Of a DNA stretch of 64,000 nucleotides, positions 47,718 through 59,300 are shown piece by piece (the first letter of the stretch is position 1; every line of letters begins with the position of its first letter). This stretch comes from Candidatus Dojkabacteria bacterium (GTDB lineage Bacteria; Patescibacteriota; Dojkabacteria; SC72). The stretch lies in NCBI GenBank assembly GCA_016182915.1, contig JACPFP010000003.1, forward strand, positions 8,806 through 72,805, in the 5' to 3' direction. The translations under genes were made by a program, and so were the position numbers. Under the pieces are notes generated by a model, which worked only from the letters and a program-made list of their open reading frames with translations, did not search any database and was not told the origin of the DNA.

Positions 47718-48869
47718 GTGTCTACATACAGAGAGAATACTCCCCAAATAGATTACGCAGAGCATAAAGAAGGGATCGCCCTTGTTGATTCTCAACACTT
47801 TCCAGCAGATTTTAATCCCGATACTGTTAATTACTTCAATGTTCACAGGCCTCAAGAGTTAATTCTTGCCCTTCAGCAGAGAGTTGAGCACTTCGATGTG
47901 GGATTAATCAACCCTATTTTTGAACATGCTCTTAATGATAGCGTTAATACCTATGAGGTCTCAAAGTCTATGGGGACTGGACATGTGATAATCTTTGTTC
48001 AAACCGAAAAGAATGGTGAACTTGTATTAAGGGCTAATGCACTTCTTGACCAACCTGAGATGTATATGGAGCTTGAATTTGATTTTTTAAAGATATATAA
48101 GGCTTTAGATATTCCCGTGAATGAACTCGTTTTCGCAGACGCATCACGAAGTAGGTATCCATTTGATTACCAGATTATGAAAAGATTGCCAGGAAGGGAT
48201 CTAGGCGCTGATTGGGCTGGAAGTCAGGAAGACTATGAAAAAATCTGTAGGGAACAAGGTGCAAACATTGCTCGTATGCATAAGTATAAAGGTAATGGTT
48301 GGGGACGTATTAGAAAAGGAGATGAAGGATTAGTTGGTCACTACCCTACTCATAACGATTTCCTTACGGCCTCACTATCGCATGATTTAGATATTATCGG
48401 AATCTTTAATCTCCTTACTCCGGAAGATAGGTATAGAATACAAGAATACTTTATCTCTAAAGACGTACAGTCTCTCTTCTCCAGTACAACTTCCCATTTG
48501 CTCCATAATGACCCCTCCGATTTGAATATGAGATATTTAGGTAATACTTTCCTCTGTTATTTTGACTGGGAGAACGCAGCTATGTTTGATCCGATTAATG
48601 AACTCGGAACAGCTCCAACATGGAAATCAGCCTTCCCCAAAAGGAAATCAATGGTTGAGGGTTATGTAAATGAGCTTGGGTACAGACCAGATAATTTAGA
48701 AGAGAAAATGAACGTATACTTCTTAAGGAAAATGCTAGACAAGGTTGCTTTTGCTCTAAAAGGAAGTCGACTAAATAATAGGCATATTGAACTATTTAAG
48801 CAGGGATTAGCTGTAAATCATATAAATATAGACCTCACACAGATTGATAGTATTGGTAATGCGATATAG
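47718..48869 (+). CDS. APH/phosphotransferase-family kinase
   Basis: IM..LPG, LLHND...N, FDWE; GTG start. Confidence 0.85.
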   Translation: MSTYRENTPQIDYAEHKEGIALVDSQHFPADFNPDTVNYFNVHRPQELILALQQRVEHFDVGLINPIFEHALNDSVNTYEVSKSMGTGHVIIFVQTEKNGELVLRANALLDQPEMYMELEFDFLKIYKALDIPVNELVFADASRSRYPFDYQIMKRLPGRDLGADWAGSQEDYEKICREQGANIARMHKYKGNGWGRIRKGDEGLVGHYPTHNDFLTASLSHDLDIIGIFNLLTPEDRYRIQEYFISKDVQSLFSSTTSHLLHNDPSDLNMRYLGNTFLCYFDWENAAMFDPINELGTAPTWKSAFPKRKSMVEGYVNELGYRPDNLEEKMNVYFLRKMLDKVAFALKGSRLNNRHIELFKQGLAVNHINIDLTQIDSIGNAI

Positions 48870-48870
48870 A

Positions 48871-50154
48871 TTACTCGTACCTCAATGCTTTTATAGGATC
48901 GAGTTTTGCTGCTTTTATAGCAGGATATACACCAGCAACTACCCCAACAAGAATACTCAATGCTGTTATAACAAGTGCAATCGTTATATCAAAGTTGAAA
49001 AATGTTGTAGCACCAAACCCTGCGTTATTCAGCTGATCTACTATTAACGGGTCAGTGAGCTTCATTACAGCGAAGATAAGTAGTAATCCAAAAACACCCC
49101 CAAAGAGACCTATAAATCCTGATTGTATTAGGAATATTGTTAATACTTGTGTATTTGAAGCTCCAATTGCCTTTATTATACCTATCTCCTTTGTTTGTTC
49201 ATATATACTCATAATCATAGTATTAATGATACCGATACCTGCAACAAGGGCAGATACTAGTCCAAACATAACAAGTGCAATTGTTAGTCCTTGTGTAATG
49301 CTTCCTAGAATTGAGATTACATCATCGGCAGTAAAGGTGTCGTAATTATACGTATCCTTAACATACTTTTTAAACTCCTTAACATTATCTGTATAGGTTG
49401 TTACATAGAGATTATCGTAACCAATCTCCTTTATATATTCATTACTACTCTTAAAGCCACCTAGATCTGCTAGCATTGAAGTACTGTCTTCCACATGTAA
49501 TATGGCATCATTCTTATCCTGTCCGGGATCGTATACCCCCGTAATTGTATATTCAAACTTCTTTCCAATGATACTCTTGGAGCGGTTTGTTAGGATTGAA
49601 GATGACGAAGGCTCTATTGCAACTTTCATGCCGATAATATCGTTAGGGTCATTAAGTTTATAGAATTTTGAAAAGGCTTTAGATACCCATATCTTCCCTG
49701 GTTCCACCCTTTCTACATTCCCTGAGAATTCTTTAAAATATGAATTATTTGACTTAACGTCCCAACCAGACATGAAGGCTTGAGGATATGGAACCTTCTT
49801 ATCGATCAAGGTTATGTTCATGCCTGTAATTACTGTCATTCGAGAGATATCCTCAACATATTCAAAGGCTCTAATTTCATTAAGAACATCTTCATTCATA
49901 ATCGTTTGTTTCTGTTCCTCCTGATCGTATGTCTGTTCTCCAACTCCTGTAAACATGGAGAAGGCTCCGCCTTTAGTTACAATTATCTGATTTGGCTTAA
50001 GGATTGTATTGAACTGGTCAACAAGGAGTTTCTGTAAATCCTGCATACCAAAGATAATGAAGCTAATTAGAAAAACAGCAATTGTTATTCCTAAACTGGT
50101 TAGGAATGTTCTCATCTTTCTTCTTAAAACGATGCTTAATGCATATTTAAACAT
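48871..50154 (-). CDS. ABC transporter permease (MacB/FtsX family)
   Basis: RTFLTSLGI, GIINTM, KEIGIIKAIGA, LDPIKALRYE. Confidence 0.94.
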   Translation of the reverse strand: MFKYALSIVLRRKMRTFLTSLGITIAVFLISFIIFGMQDLQKLLVDQFNTILKPNQIIVTKGGAFSMFTGVGEQTYDQEEQKQTIMNEDVLNEIRAFEYVEDISRMTVITGMNITLIDKKVPYPQAFMSGWDVKSNNSYFKEFSGNVERVEPGKIWVSKAFSKFYKLNDPNDIIGMKVAIEPSSSSILTNRSKSIIGKKFEYTITGVYDPGQDKNDAILHVEDSTSMLADLGGFKSSNEYIKEIGYDNLYVTTYTDNVKEFKKYVKDTYNYDTFTADDVISILGSITQGLTIALVMFGLVSALVAGIGIINTMIMSIYEQTKEIGIIKAIGASNTQVLTIFLIQSGFIGLFGGVFGLLLIFAVMKLTDPLIVDQLNNAGFGATTFFNFDITIALVITALSILVGVVAGVYPAIKAAKLDPIKALRYE

Positions 50155-50156
50155 AT

Positions 50157-50831
50157 TTATTCCTGTATTATTTTACCGTCTCTTAGGTGTATCTTTCTAT
50201 CAACATTATTAAATAGCTCGGGATCATGTGTAACGATTATAAGCGTTGTTCCCTCTTCTTTATTAAGTTCAAAAAGAAGGTCAACTATCTCCCCACCTGT
50301 TTTTGAATCAAGGTTACCTGTAGGTTCGTCTGCGAGTATTATCTTTGGTTTTGCAATTAGAGCACGTGCTATGGCAACTCTTTGAGACTGGCCACCTGAT
50401 AGTTCTGTTGGTTTGTGATCAGCCCGTTCTTTTAAGCCCAGTTTTCCAAGTAGGTATTCTAATCTATCATTTACCCTTCCCTTTCCGAGTTGCTTTCCAA
50501 ATGTAATAGGTAGAAGGATATTCTCCGCAACAGTTAGCGATGAAACTAGGTTGAATTGCTGAAATATAGTTCCTACAATGTTTCTTCTGTAATAGTTCGT
50601 GTCGTAGTCTTTGATGTCTTTACCATCTACTAGAAGACTCCCTTTATACTCTGTATCTAAACCTCCGAGGATATTTAACATGGTAGACTTACCTGAACCT
50701 GATGGTCCAACAATGGCAATGGTACTTCCCTCTTTAATGGTGAAACTAATATCGTCAAGTGCTTTTACCTTGACCTTTTTATTCATTACATAAGTTTTGT
50801 TTAAGTTCTCTGCTTTAATCACCCTATCCAA
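50157..50831 (-). CDS. ABC transporter ATP-binding protein (LolD type)
   Basis: GPSGSGKS, LSGGQ, LADEPTGNLD, VTHD. Confidence 0.95.
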   Translation of the reverse strand: MDRVIKAENLNKTYVMNKKVKVKALDDISFTIKEGSTIAIVGPSGSGKSTMLNILGGLDTEYKGSLLVDGKDIKDYDTNYYRRNIVGTIFQQFNLVSSLTVAENILLPITFGKQLGKGRVNDRLEYLLGKLGLKERADHKPTELSGGQSQRVAIARALIAKPKIILADEPTGNLDSKTGGEIVDLLFELNKEEGTTLIIVTHDPELFNNVDRKIHLRDGKIIQE

Positions 50832-50869
50832 GATATTACTTTAAATCTAGAAATGCAAATATTATAGAA

Positions 50870-51574
50870 TTAGCCCTTCAGTATGTACACAACCTGCTTT
50901 TTATTAAGGTCTATTTTCTCACTTCTCCACGCCTCAATACTCATTGTTCTATATAACTCTCGTTCTGTCTCAATCTCGATTCCCAGGCTTAGAAGTGTAT
51001 TTGATTTGCAGGTACTAAGAATATCCTCAAATATATATTGTGCTCGGTATGGAGCTTCAATGAAGATCTGTGATGTATTTCTTTCAATTGAAACTCTTTC
51101 TAGCTCTCTAATCTTACTTATCCTTTTCACTTGTTCTTTGGGAAGATAACCATTAAAGGTGAATGATTGACCATTTAGGCCAGAGGCGGAAAGGGTTTGA
51201 AGTATCGCGGATGGTCCTGCAAAAGTTTTTACGGCTATATTGTTTTGATGAGCCTTTTGAACTAACTCTGTACCCATATCGCCAACACCTGGATAGCCTG
51301 CGTCACTCATCACACCTACATTGCTTCCTTGCTTCAATGTATCTAGGATTTCTTTAATGTTTACACTGGTATTCTCATCTAACTGGAAAAACTTTAATGA
51401 TGAGGTTTGTCTTTCTAGGTCTAAACCTTTTAGAAATGATCTCCCTATTTTAGGTGTTTCTACTACAAAACAGTCAATCTTTCGTAGTTGCTCAAGAACT
51501 GATTCTGGGTATATCGCTACAAGCGGTCTGCCGGCAAGAGAGGTTGGGATTAAGTATAGTGTGCCAGGATTCAT
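50870..51574 (-). CDS. RsmI-like SAM-dependent (tetrapyrrole methylase family) methyltransferase
   Basis: GTLYLIP, SDAGYPGVGD.G, GPSA, F.GYLP, FIEAPYR; start moved to ATG 51574, right after the mutL stop. Confidence 0.88.
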   Translation of the reverse strand: MNPGTLYLIPTSLAGRPLVAIYPESVLEQLRKIDCFVVETPKIGRSFLKGLDLERQTSSLKFFQLDENTSVNIKEILDTLKQGSNVGVMSDAGYPGVGDMGTELVQKAHQNNIAVKTFAGPSAILQTLSASGLNGQSFTFNGYLPKEQVKRISKIRELERVSIERNTSQIFIEAPYRAQYIFEDILSTCKSNTLLSLGIEIETERELYRTMSIEAWRSEKIDLNKKQVVYILKG

Positions 51575-51575
51575 T

Positions 51576-53414
51576 TTAGTATGTTCTATAGAAATTAGTA
51601 TCAATCTCAGATAGTTTCTGCTTCCATATTGCAGGCCTTCCATGAGGACAACTGTATGGATTTGTGCATTTGAGGAGAGTGAAATATAGATTTAGACCCT
51701 CTTGTGGGGTTAAGCTCTGTCCCTTTCGAATACTTCCGTGACAGGCAAGTGTAGCAAGAATATTGTTCTTTGAGTTCTCAAAAGACTTCTTTATATCTCT
51801 ATCTACTTCTGAGATATCAAAGACAGATCTAAATAGCTCTTCTACATTATATCCGTTGAATATGGAAGGTATTGAATGGATATCTACTCCATTTTCATCA
51901 AGTGTGAACTTGAAACCAAGTTTTTCAAAGAAGTCTCTATACTCTGTTAGGTATGTGAGTTCAACTTCTGAAAGAGGTATATTAGTTGGTAGTAGGAGGT
52001 TTTGAACATCCATATTTACGTTCTCAAGGCTCTTTTCAAGCTTCTCAAAGTTAATTCTCTCTGCTGCGGCATGCTGGTCCATCATTATTAGCTCGTTTCC
52101 GCTTTCAATTAGAATATATTTATTGAATATCTGAAAAACATTACTCGCATTTACCTGATTACCGTGGTTCTCCTCACCATCTCTTCCTATATCTAAAAGC
52201 TCTTTTGAGAAGTTTAGACTCTGTTTAATACTGAAGTCTTTGCTACCTTTATCAAACCTTATATCCCTAGAACTTGTGTCATTTTTAAACATACCCTGGT
52301 TATAATTACTACTCCCTCTATCCTCAACTTTTGTATATTGCTTATACTCTGGTGTAATGTAGTTTATCTCAGGTTGGTTTGCGGTAAAAGAGTTCTGTGT
52401 CTTTACAAGGTTTTGAAGAGCGTGGGAGACAGCCTCCTCAACTGCAGAGTATATTCGGAAGGGGTTTTCAAATCTAACTTCCTCCTTCCTCGGATGTACA
52501 TTTACATCGACAAGGTTGTTTTTTAGGTGAATGGAGATTAGAAAGGGAACTTTCTGAGTTTGGGGAATATATCTGGAGTATGCTGACCTAATAGATTTTG
52601 CAATTCCGAAGTCCCAGATGGGTCTGTCGTTAATAAATATATATTGATTACTAGTTTTCTCGTAGTTATCCTGTGGGTGTCCAGCGTATCCGAATATCTC
52701 TGCGCCACTGCCGCTTGATTTGAACATAAACATACGGTCAATATATTCACCTTTTAGCACCTGCTTGATTCTTTGTAGGTTTAACTCCTTTGAGGGAGCA
52801 TTTTCTACTTGTGCAGGCAAATTGAGAACCTCTTTCCCATCTTTAATTAGAAGGAAGTGGATATTGTCATATCTAAGAAAGAAGGGCTGAAGAATCTCTA
52901 GTATCTTTCTGTATTCTGTCTCTGGGGTTTTTAAGTATTTACGTCTAGCTGGAACATTGTAGAAGAGGTCAGAAACAGTTATTGTTGTACCCTGCTCTTT
53001 TGCGCTTTTCTTTATTGTTTGGGGAGTAATCCCATCAAACGCTATTTCATATCCATACTCGCCTTCAGTATGTCGTGAGGAGGCTTTTACCTTCGCAACT
53101 GAAACAATTGTGGAGAGAGCTTCTCCTCTAAAACCCATTGTCATTATCTCATTTAGGTCCTCAATACTACTTATCTTACTTGTAGTATGAGCATCAAAGA
53201 CCTTCACTAAATCAACTTCGGGTATACCGGTACCGTTGTCTGTAATCTCTATATTTTTAATGCCCCCTTCCTCTACTTTAATTTTAATTACGGAAGCCTT
53301 CGCATCGATAGCGTTATCCACTAGTTCCTTGACAATTGAAGCTGGGCGTTCTATAACTTCCCCTGCCGCTATCTGATTGACTAGTTCTTGAGGAAGCTTT
53401 TGTAGTTTGTTCAT
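51576..53414 (-). CDS. mutL: DNA mismatch repair endonuclease MutL
   Basis: IAAGEVIERP, GFRGEAL, DVNVHP.K, DQHAAAER, ACH, CPHGRP. Confidence 0.98.
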   Translation of the reverse strand: MNKLQKLPQELVNQIAAGEVIERPASIVKELVDNAIDAKASVIKIKVEEGGIKNIEITDNGTGIPEVDLVKVFDAHTTSKISSIEDLNEIMTMGFRGEALSTIVSVAKVKASSRHTEGEYGYEIAFDGITPQTIKKSAKEQGTTITVSDLFYNVPARRKYLKTPETEYRKILEILQPFFLRYDNIHFLLIKDGKEVLNLPAQVENAPSKELNLQRIKQVLKGEYIDRMFMFKSSGSGAEIFGYAGHPQDNYEKTSNQYIFINDRPIWDFGIAKSIRSAYSRYIPQTQKVPFLISIHLKNNLVDVNVHPRKEEVRFENPFRIYSAVEEAVSHALQNLVKTQNSFTANQPEINYITPEYKQYTKVEDRGSSNYNQGMFKNDTSSRDIRFDKGSKDFSIKQSLNFSKELLDIGRDGEENHGNQVNASNVFQIFNKYILIESGNELIMMDQHAAAERINFEKLEKSLENVNMDVQNLLLPTNIPLSEVELTYLTEYRDFFEKLGFKFTLDENGVDIHSIPSIFNGYNVEELFRSVFDISEVDRDIKKSFENSKNNILATLACHGSIRKGQSLTPQEGLNLYFTLLKCTNPYSCPHGRPAIWKQKLSEIDTNFYRTY

Positions 53415-53440
53415 ATTTGTTATTTTAGCATATTATTACA

Positions 53441-53851
53441 ATGCCACGTAGAATGTCCAACCAAATTCATGATGCTCTCGATGGTAATGTGGAATTCGTA
53501 AATGAATTAGTTAACAAAGAAATTGCCTTTGAGGATTTCTCGTTTCAAATTACACCTGAAGAAACCTTCTATGATATTCATCTCGTTCAAAGCGGAGAGC
53601 ATGTAAATTCTGCACGACTTAGCTTTGGAGACAACCGAGAGGGTGTACTAAGTGTTATTGAACTTAAATCGTACGAAAGAGAGAGGGCTTCCTCACATTT
53701 GCTCGGGCAACTGGCGCTTGGAATCAAAACTTTTCTGTCGGTAATTGGAGTTCCTGAGTTACCCGTTGAAGTAAATATCGCTGCCCCGATTACTAATCCA
53801 GGACATCCAAAGTATATTGCCGATCAGAAGTTAAGGAGTCACTTACAGTAA
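53441..53851 (+). CDS. Hypothetical protein
   Basis: 136-aa ORF filling the gap between mutL and the HIT gene. Confidence 0.55.
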   Translation: MPRRMSNQIHDALDGNVEFVNELVNKEIAFEDFSFQITPEETFYDIHLVQSGEHVNSARLSFGDNREGVLSVIELKSYERERASSHLLGQLALGIKTFLSVIGVPELPVEVNIAAPITNPGHPKYIADQKLRSHLQ

Positions 53852-54265
53852 ACTGAACTTTTGGGCAATTCTCTCACCCTCTTCCCTGCTTAACCATCTA
53901 TTTCTATCCTTTTGTAGTTCTCCAATAGGTTTTAGCGCAAACTCCCAATCGGTACCATCTGCATTATGTGGAAGAAGGTGTATATGTGAGTGAGGAACGT
54001 CCCTTCCAAAGGTAGCACTGTCTACATATTTATACCCTAACTTTTTTCTATAGTGGTTTGCTATCTTCTGTGCTGTCTTGTAGTAGTCATCTAGATATTC
54101 AACATCCCAAACGAATTGTACGTGCTCTTTTGGTATTAGAAGGGTATGTCCTTCTGTGAAATGAGCAAGGTCTAGAAATGCAAGATATTTACTATCTTCG
54201 TAAACCTTAAAACATGGAATTTCTCCATTTACAATCTTGCAGAAAATACAGTTATTTCCCTCCAT
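53843..54265 (-). CDS. HIT family hydrolase
   Basis: CIFCKI, GHTLLIPK, HSHIH. Confidence 0.94.
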   Translation of the reverse strand: MEGNNCIFCKIVNGEIPCFKVYEDSKYLAFLDLAHFTEGHTLLIPKEHVQFVWDVEYLDDYYKTAQKIANHYRKKLGYKYVDSATFGRDVPHSHIHLLPHNADGTDWEFALKPIGELQKDRNRWLSREEGERIAQKFSLL

Positions 54266-54324
54266 AGCAGTACTTCTAAATTTATATGTCTATCTTATCT
54301 CTTTTTATTATATAATTGTAGTCA

Positions 54325-56304
54325 ATGAGAGAAACATTATTCAATCTACAATCTAAATATTTAACATCAACAGACCAAAGAAGGTCAATTGATTCCCTAG
54401 TATCAAATATAAAGAAGGGAGAAGATAGGCAGGTTTTACTTGGAGTTACAGGATCTGGAAAAACATTTGTAATGGCAAACCTAATTAATGAACTTAAGAA
54501 GCCAACCCTCATACTTTCACATAATAAAACCCTGGCAGCTCAATTATATGAAGAATTTAAAGAGTTCTTTCCAAATAACGCTGTAAAATACTTTGTCTCA
54601 TACTATGACTACTATCAGCCAGAAGCCTATATCCCTAATAGGGATATATACATTGAAAAAGAGTCCGAGGTTAACCAGCAGATAGAAAGGTTAAGGTTTT
54701 CGGCTATGAATGCTGCTGTGACAAGGCGAGATACAATAATTGTAGCCTCTGTCTCTTGTATCTACAACATCGGAAATCCGGAGAACTATGAAAACAAAGC
54801 AATTGTACTTAAGGTAGGTATGGATATTGAAATATCTAAACTAGCTGGTGACCTTGTCTTTATGAGGTATAACCGAAATGGTGAAGACTTTGTATCTGGC
54901 TCTTTCAGAATTAAAGGAGACGTTGTTGACATATTTATGCCCTACGATGATTTTCCCATTAGAATTCAATTCTTTGGAAATACAATTGAGAGGATCTCAT
55001 ATATTGAAGCTATAACTACACATCGGGTTAAGGATGTAGATGAGGTAGAGGTATACCCTGCAACCTCCCTTGTGTACGATAATGATGTGATTGAAGTAGC
55101 GCTTGGTAAGATTGAAAAAGATCTTGAGATGAGAGTTAATTTCCTTAAAAATATAGGAAAAGATCTTGAAGCAAACAGACTTCTTCAGAAGACAAAATAT
55201 GATATGGAGATGATTAAGGAGGTTGGATACTGTAAAAGCATGGAAAACTACTCAATATACTTTGATGGAAGAAATACAGGTGATGCTCCATACACTCTTC
55301 TTGATTACTTTGATAAAGACTATCTTCTCTTTGTTGATGAATCTCACATAACTGTTCCGCAGGTTAGGGGAATGTACAACGGTGATAGGGCTAGAAAAGA
55401 TAATCTAATAGAGTATGGGTTTAGACTTCCATCTGCAAGGGATAACAGGCCTCTTCATTTTGATGAATTTAGAAAGAAACAGGGAAACACTGTATACTTC
55501 TCCGCGACCCCAGATGAGTGGGAGATAGAAGACTCAAGGGATAAGGTTACAGAGCTCCTTACCCGCCCTACCGGGCTTCTAGATCCAGTTATAACAGTTC
55601 GTCCTTCAGAGAATCAAATTGACGATGTTATATCAGAGGTAAAGAAGAATATTGAGAAAGGACAGAGGGTTCTCATAACAACACTAACTAAGAAGATGGC
55701 AGAAGACCTATCTTCATACATAAAGGACTTGGGTATTAAGGTTCAATACTTGCATTCAGATGTTGATACTGTAGAGAGGGTTGATATTCTAAGAGACCTT
55801 AGGCTTGGTGAATATGATGTTCTTGTGGGTATTAATCTTTTGAGAGAAGGAATTGATCTTCCAGAGGTCTCTCTGGTTATAATTCTAGATGCAGACAAAG
55901 AGGGTTTTCTTCGTTCGAAGACAAGCTTGGTTCAGACCGTTGGAAGGGCTGCAAGGCATGTAGAGGGGCGTGTAATCATGTATGCGGATAGAATTACTGA
56001 GAGTATGAAATTTGCAATTTCTGAGACTGAGAGAAGAAGAAAAACACAGGAGAAATATAACAAGTTGAATGGAATTACCCCTACTACTATTGTAAAGGGA
56101 ATTAGAGATAAACTTGTAGAATCTAAGGAGGAAATTGACGCTATAAATTATAAAGAGTGGGTAGACAGTGCAAAGCCTCCAAAATCTGAAATTAAGAGAG
56201 TACTTAAGGAACTAGAGGATAAAATGCATCTATATGCATCAAATTTACAATTTGAGAAGGCTGCTGAAGTTAGAGATCAGATTAAAGACTTAAAATCTAT
56301 TTGA
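54325..56304 (+). CDS. uvrB: Excinuclease ABC subunit B
   Basis: GVTGSGKT, YYDYYQPEAY, DESH, GRAAR, UVR domain. Confidence 0.98.
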   Translation: MRETLFNLQSKYLTSTDQRRSIDSLVSNIKKGEDRQVLLGVTGSGKTFVMANLINELKKPTLILSHNKTLAAQLYEEFKEFFPNNAVKYFVSYYDYYQPEAYIPNRDIYIEKESEVNQQIERLRFSAMNAAVTRRDTIIVASVSCIYNIGNPENYENKAIVLKVGMDIEISKLAGDLVFMRYNRNGEDFVSGSFRIKGDVVDIFMPYDDFPIRIQFFGNTIERISYIEAITTHRVKDVDEVEVYPATSLVYDNDVIEVALGKIEKDLEMRVNFLKNIGKDLEANRLLQKTKYDMEMIKEVGYCKSMENYSIYFDGRNTGDAPYTLLDYFDKDYLLFVDESHITVPQVRGMYNGDRARKDNLIEYGFRLPSARDNRPLHFDEFRKKQGNTVYFSATPDEWEIEDSRDKVTELLTRPTGLLDPVITVRPSENQIDDVISEVKKNIEKGQRVLITTLTKKMAEDLSSYIKDLGIKVQYLHSDVDTVERVDILRDLRLGEYDVLVGINLLREGIDLPEVSLVIILDADKEGFLRSKTSLVQTVGRAARHVEGRVIMYADRITESMKFAISETERRRKTQEKYNKLNGITPTTIVKGIRDKLVESKEEIDAINYKEWVDSAKPPKSEIKRVLKELEDKMHLYASNLQFEKAAEVRDQIKDLKSI

Positions 56305-59300
56305 GATTGAATGTCTTATCGCTATATACAAAGTAACCTTGAAGGTTGTTAAGTGTAAAATCTGCCCCATAAACTTGGTTTTTGAAACTTTGTACGCTTT
56401 CAAACAGTCCCTTTTTAGTATCCCACTGGGTTATATTCAATCTATCCAAATTATGAGTCTTTTTCTCTTCAATAAGGTACTTGAGTGATGAAACTGGGTC
56501 TATTTTTCCCGTAAATCCTATAAAGTTCCAGCCCTCTTTTATTTTGGTTCTAACTTTTGTCGTAACCCTATCACCAGGTAGCATCAATGCAGAAGCTCCT
56601 TTTAGATCTGAGTTGCTAACTATAATATATCCGCTTCCCGGCTTGAGCAGGAAGCTGTTTCCTAATATCCCATACTTCTCATCATCTCTTGGTCTAACAC
56701 CGTTTATCCATTTTCCATCTTCGTATGAGGTGATATATGTAAGTTTAATTTCGTCTATATTTCCTATATTTTGGACTGCTTCTGCGGTTATGTCTGGCGC
56801 CGTCGCACTAGTTCCTCTCTTATAGTTTACACTTATAAAGTTGTATCCTGAGTTTAGCTCTTGCCTGAAAGCGTTCTCTACCTTAACTATTTTAATCTCG
56901 TTTACACTCTTTGGGGCTAATGGTGTATCTTTTTTAGCTTGATATCCTCTTTTCCCATTCTTGTCTTCGTAGAACCTATATTTTGCATCTGAGTTAATCG
57001 GAACATTTGTGACTTTGTAGTCTCCTATTTGAACATTATAGATACCGTCCTCAGGGAACTTTACAACACTCCCGGAGATCTCTTTCACTTTCAGGGTCTC
57101 TGCTGCACTTGCTGTCTGTAGTAGTTTTGTAAATATTGCGGTTTGGGTTTTTGATATTGGTATATTTGTAATGCCATCCTCGACAGGAGGATTGTTGGGG
57201 TTTACACATCGCGTATTTATTCCGTATTGATTACTGGCACTCTGTTCTTTCGGGCTTGGCAAACCATTTTCGCAAATTTGATCAAACTTTTTACCTTCAC
57301 AGGCTTCATTTATTTTTACCCCTCTTGGAGTATCTGGAGGAACACCTTCACTTGCTGATCTTACAGTTCCTTCGCAATTCGCTCTCATTTCTGCGTCTGT
57401 ATTCCCTCTTAGGGGTTCACTTCCTACTGCCTGTACGGTAAAAGCTCCAACGGCACGTCCAATATAGAATGCTTCTGGATCGCTACATTTATTAAAGAAA
57501 GTATCATTTTCATAATCAAAATAAATATTGTCTTTGCCTGAATACTTAATTGCACAACAGATTGGCATTACCTCAGTTGTAGATTTATCCTTAATTTCAG
57601 CACCAAACTCAACCTTTCCACCATTCAGAGTAGTTCCTGTCTTGTACGCATCTGCACAGCTGGTCGAGGTAGTTCTTTTGCCAATAAAATCTTTCTCCCC
57701 TTCAAGTAAAACAGCACAACACATCTCTCTTGGAGTACCAGATGATGGGTTGGTTGGGATAGGGTTTGATGATGGCGGGGAGGATGGTGACGAAGGAGGT
57801 GTTGTAGGAGATGTAGTTGGCGGAGTTGTAGGGGTAGTCGTAGGAGGAGGGGAACTTGCACCATCTGTATCACAATCAAGATTAGGCTGTGCAGTTGACT
57901 CTTTTTTCATCCAATTAGGAAATGCTCCTTTACCATATGAACTCCACTGCAGCTTTAAATCCTCATAATATTTCGTTCCATAGGAAGTTTCAGTACAATC
58001 CCCAGTCCAAAATCCAGTTGCCCATTTAACTATGTCGAAACCTCCTTCTATGCACTTAGTGTGAGGAAGGAGGCCAAACATTTCAGTTTGAGCCTTTATA
58101 TCCTCTTTTGGAGTTTGATTACATGGATAGGCGGGATAATTCCCAGCCCCTCCATAGCAATGAATACCCATATCTTCTACGCCAGGAAATCGTACATAAT
58201 TACTGGCAGCAGACTCATGAACCCATATACTTAGAGCTAATGCAGGGTTTATGCCATACTGTTTTGATTTACAGACTACATAGTTAAAACACTCAGCGGC
58301 TTGGCTTCCTTCCCCCGCCAATCTGTTTGCATATGAGACAAATTCTGTTCTATTAATCTCTGCAACTTCAAATTTATCATCATCTAAAAAGGCGTTACAT
58401 GTTCCTCCAAAAGTGCCACCTTCGGTCTCACTTCCGGTCCCTGAAGAGGATCCTTCGGGAAGGCCCTCACTTGCAAGGCGTTTTATACTTTCACAGTTAT
58501 TTCTTTTTTCAGTATCATTGCTTCCAGAAACGGTAACATCTCCTACCTGTGTAATTGTCCCTCCCCCAGCTTCACTACCAACAGGGAAGCATTTACCACA
58601 GGAATTACATGCTCCATCATTTTCGTAATCAAAGTATACATTCTTTCTACCCGTTATAATTAGTGCACAGCAAAGTGAATCGCCTGCTGCAGAAACCTCG
58701 GAGATAAAAGAACCTAAAAAGGACTTCCTCAAGGCCTGCATCCTGTCATATTTGAAAAGTTCGATAGATGTATGGCCACTCTTTTCAGGCTCAAACTGGC
58801 CCGGAGCTTCTTTTTTATTCTCTATATGGGCAGAAATATATATTTCCTTTTCTGTTGAAAGAACCTCCGCACTTGCTGAAGAGTAGTCTAGGACCCAACC
58901 GCCAATATCGTTTACATAAGTAGATACTATACTTGACGTCTTGGTTGTATCAATCTCAGAGTTTGATTTCTGTGCATATACTTTGGCAAATACTATTCCG
59001 TCTGAGTATCCCATATCTTCTTGGTCTCTTAATTCCCCTGATATTGTTTGCGGAAGAATAAAAGAGCTTGCTGCTATGTTATTTGTTTTAAATTCGAAAC
59101 TAGCTGTATTATCTATTGAAAACCATTCTCTATTTTGATTCACATTATCAATATTCCATATGGTGAGCCCGTTTGAGATTCTGAATGAGTATGTTTTATC
59201 TGGTTTAAGGTTAGTAATATTGACATAGTGGGTATACCTGCTTTGAATATTCCTTACGGTTTTGGTTGAGGTCTCGTAGATATCTCTCTGGTCGTAGTAT

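Noticed and set aside
51575-51643. N-terminal extension of the RsmI-like ORF overlapping mutL
   Set aside because: Family similarity begins at ATG 51574, immediately after the mutL stop
57755-57855. Low-complexity repeat-like DNA
   Set aside because: It encodes the Pro/Thr/Ser linker of the surface protein
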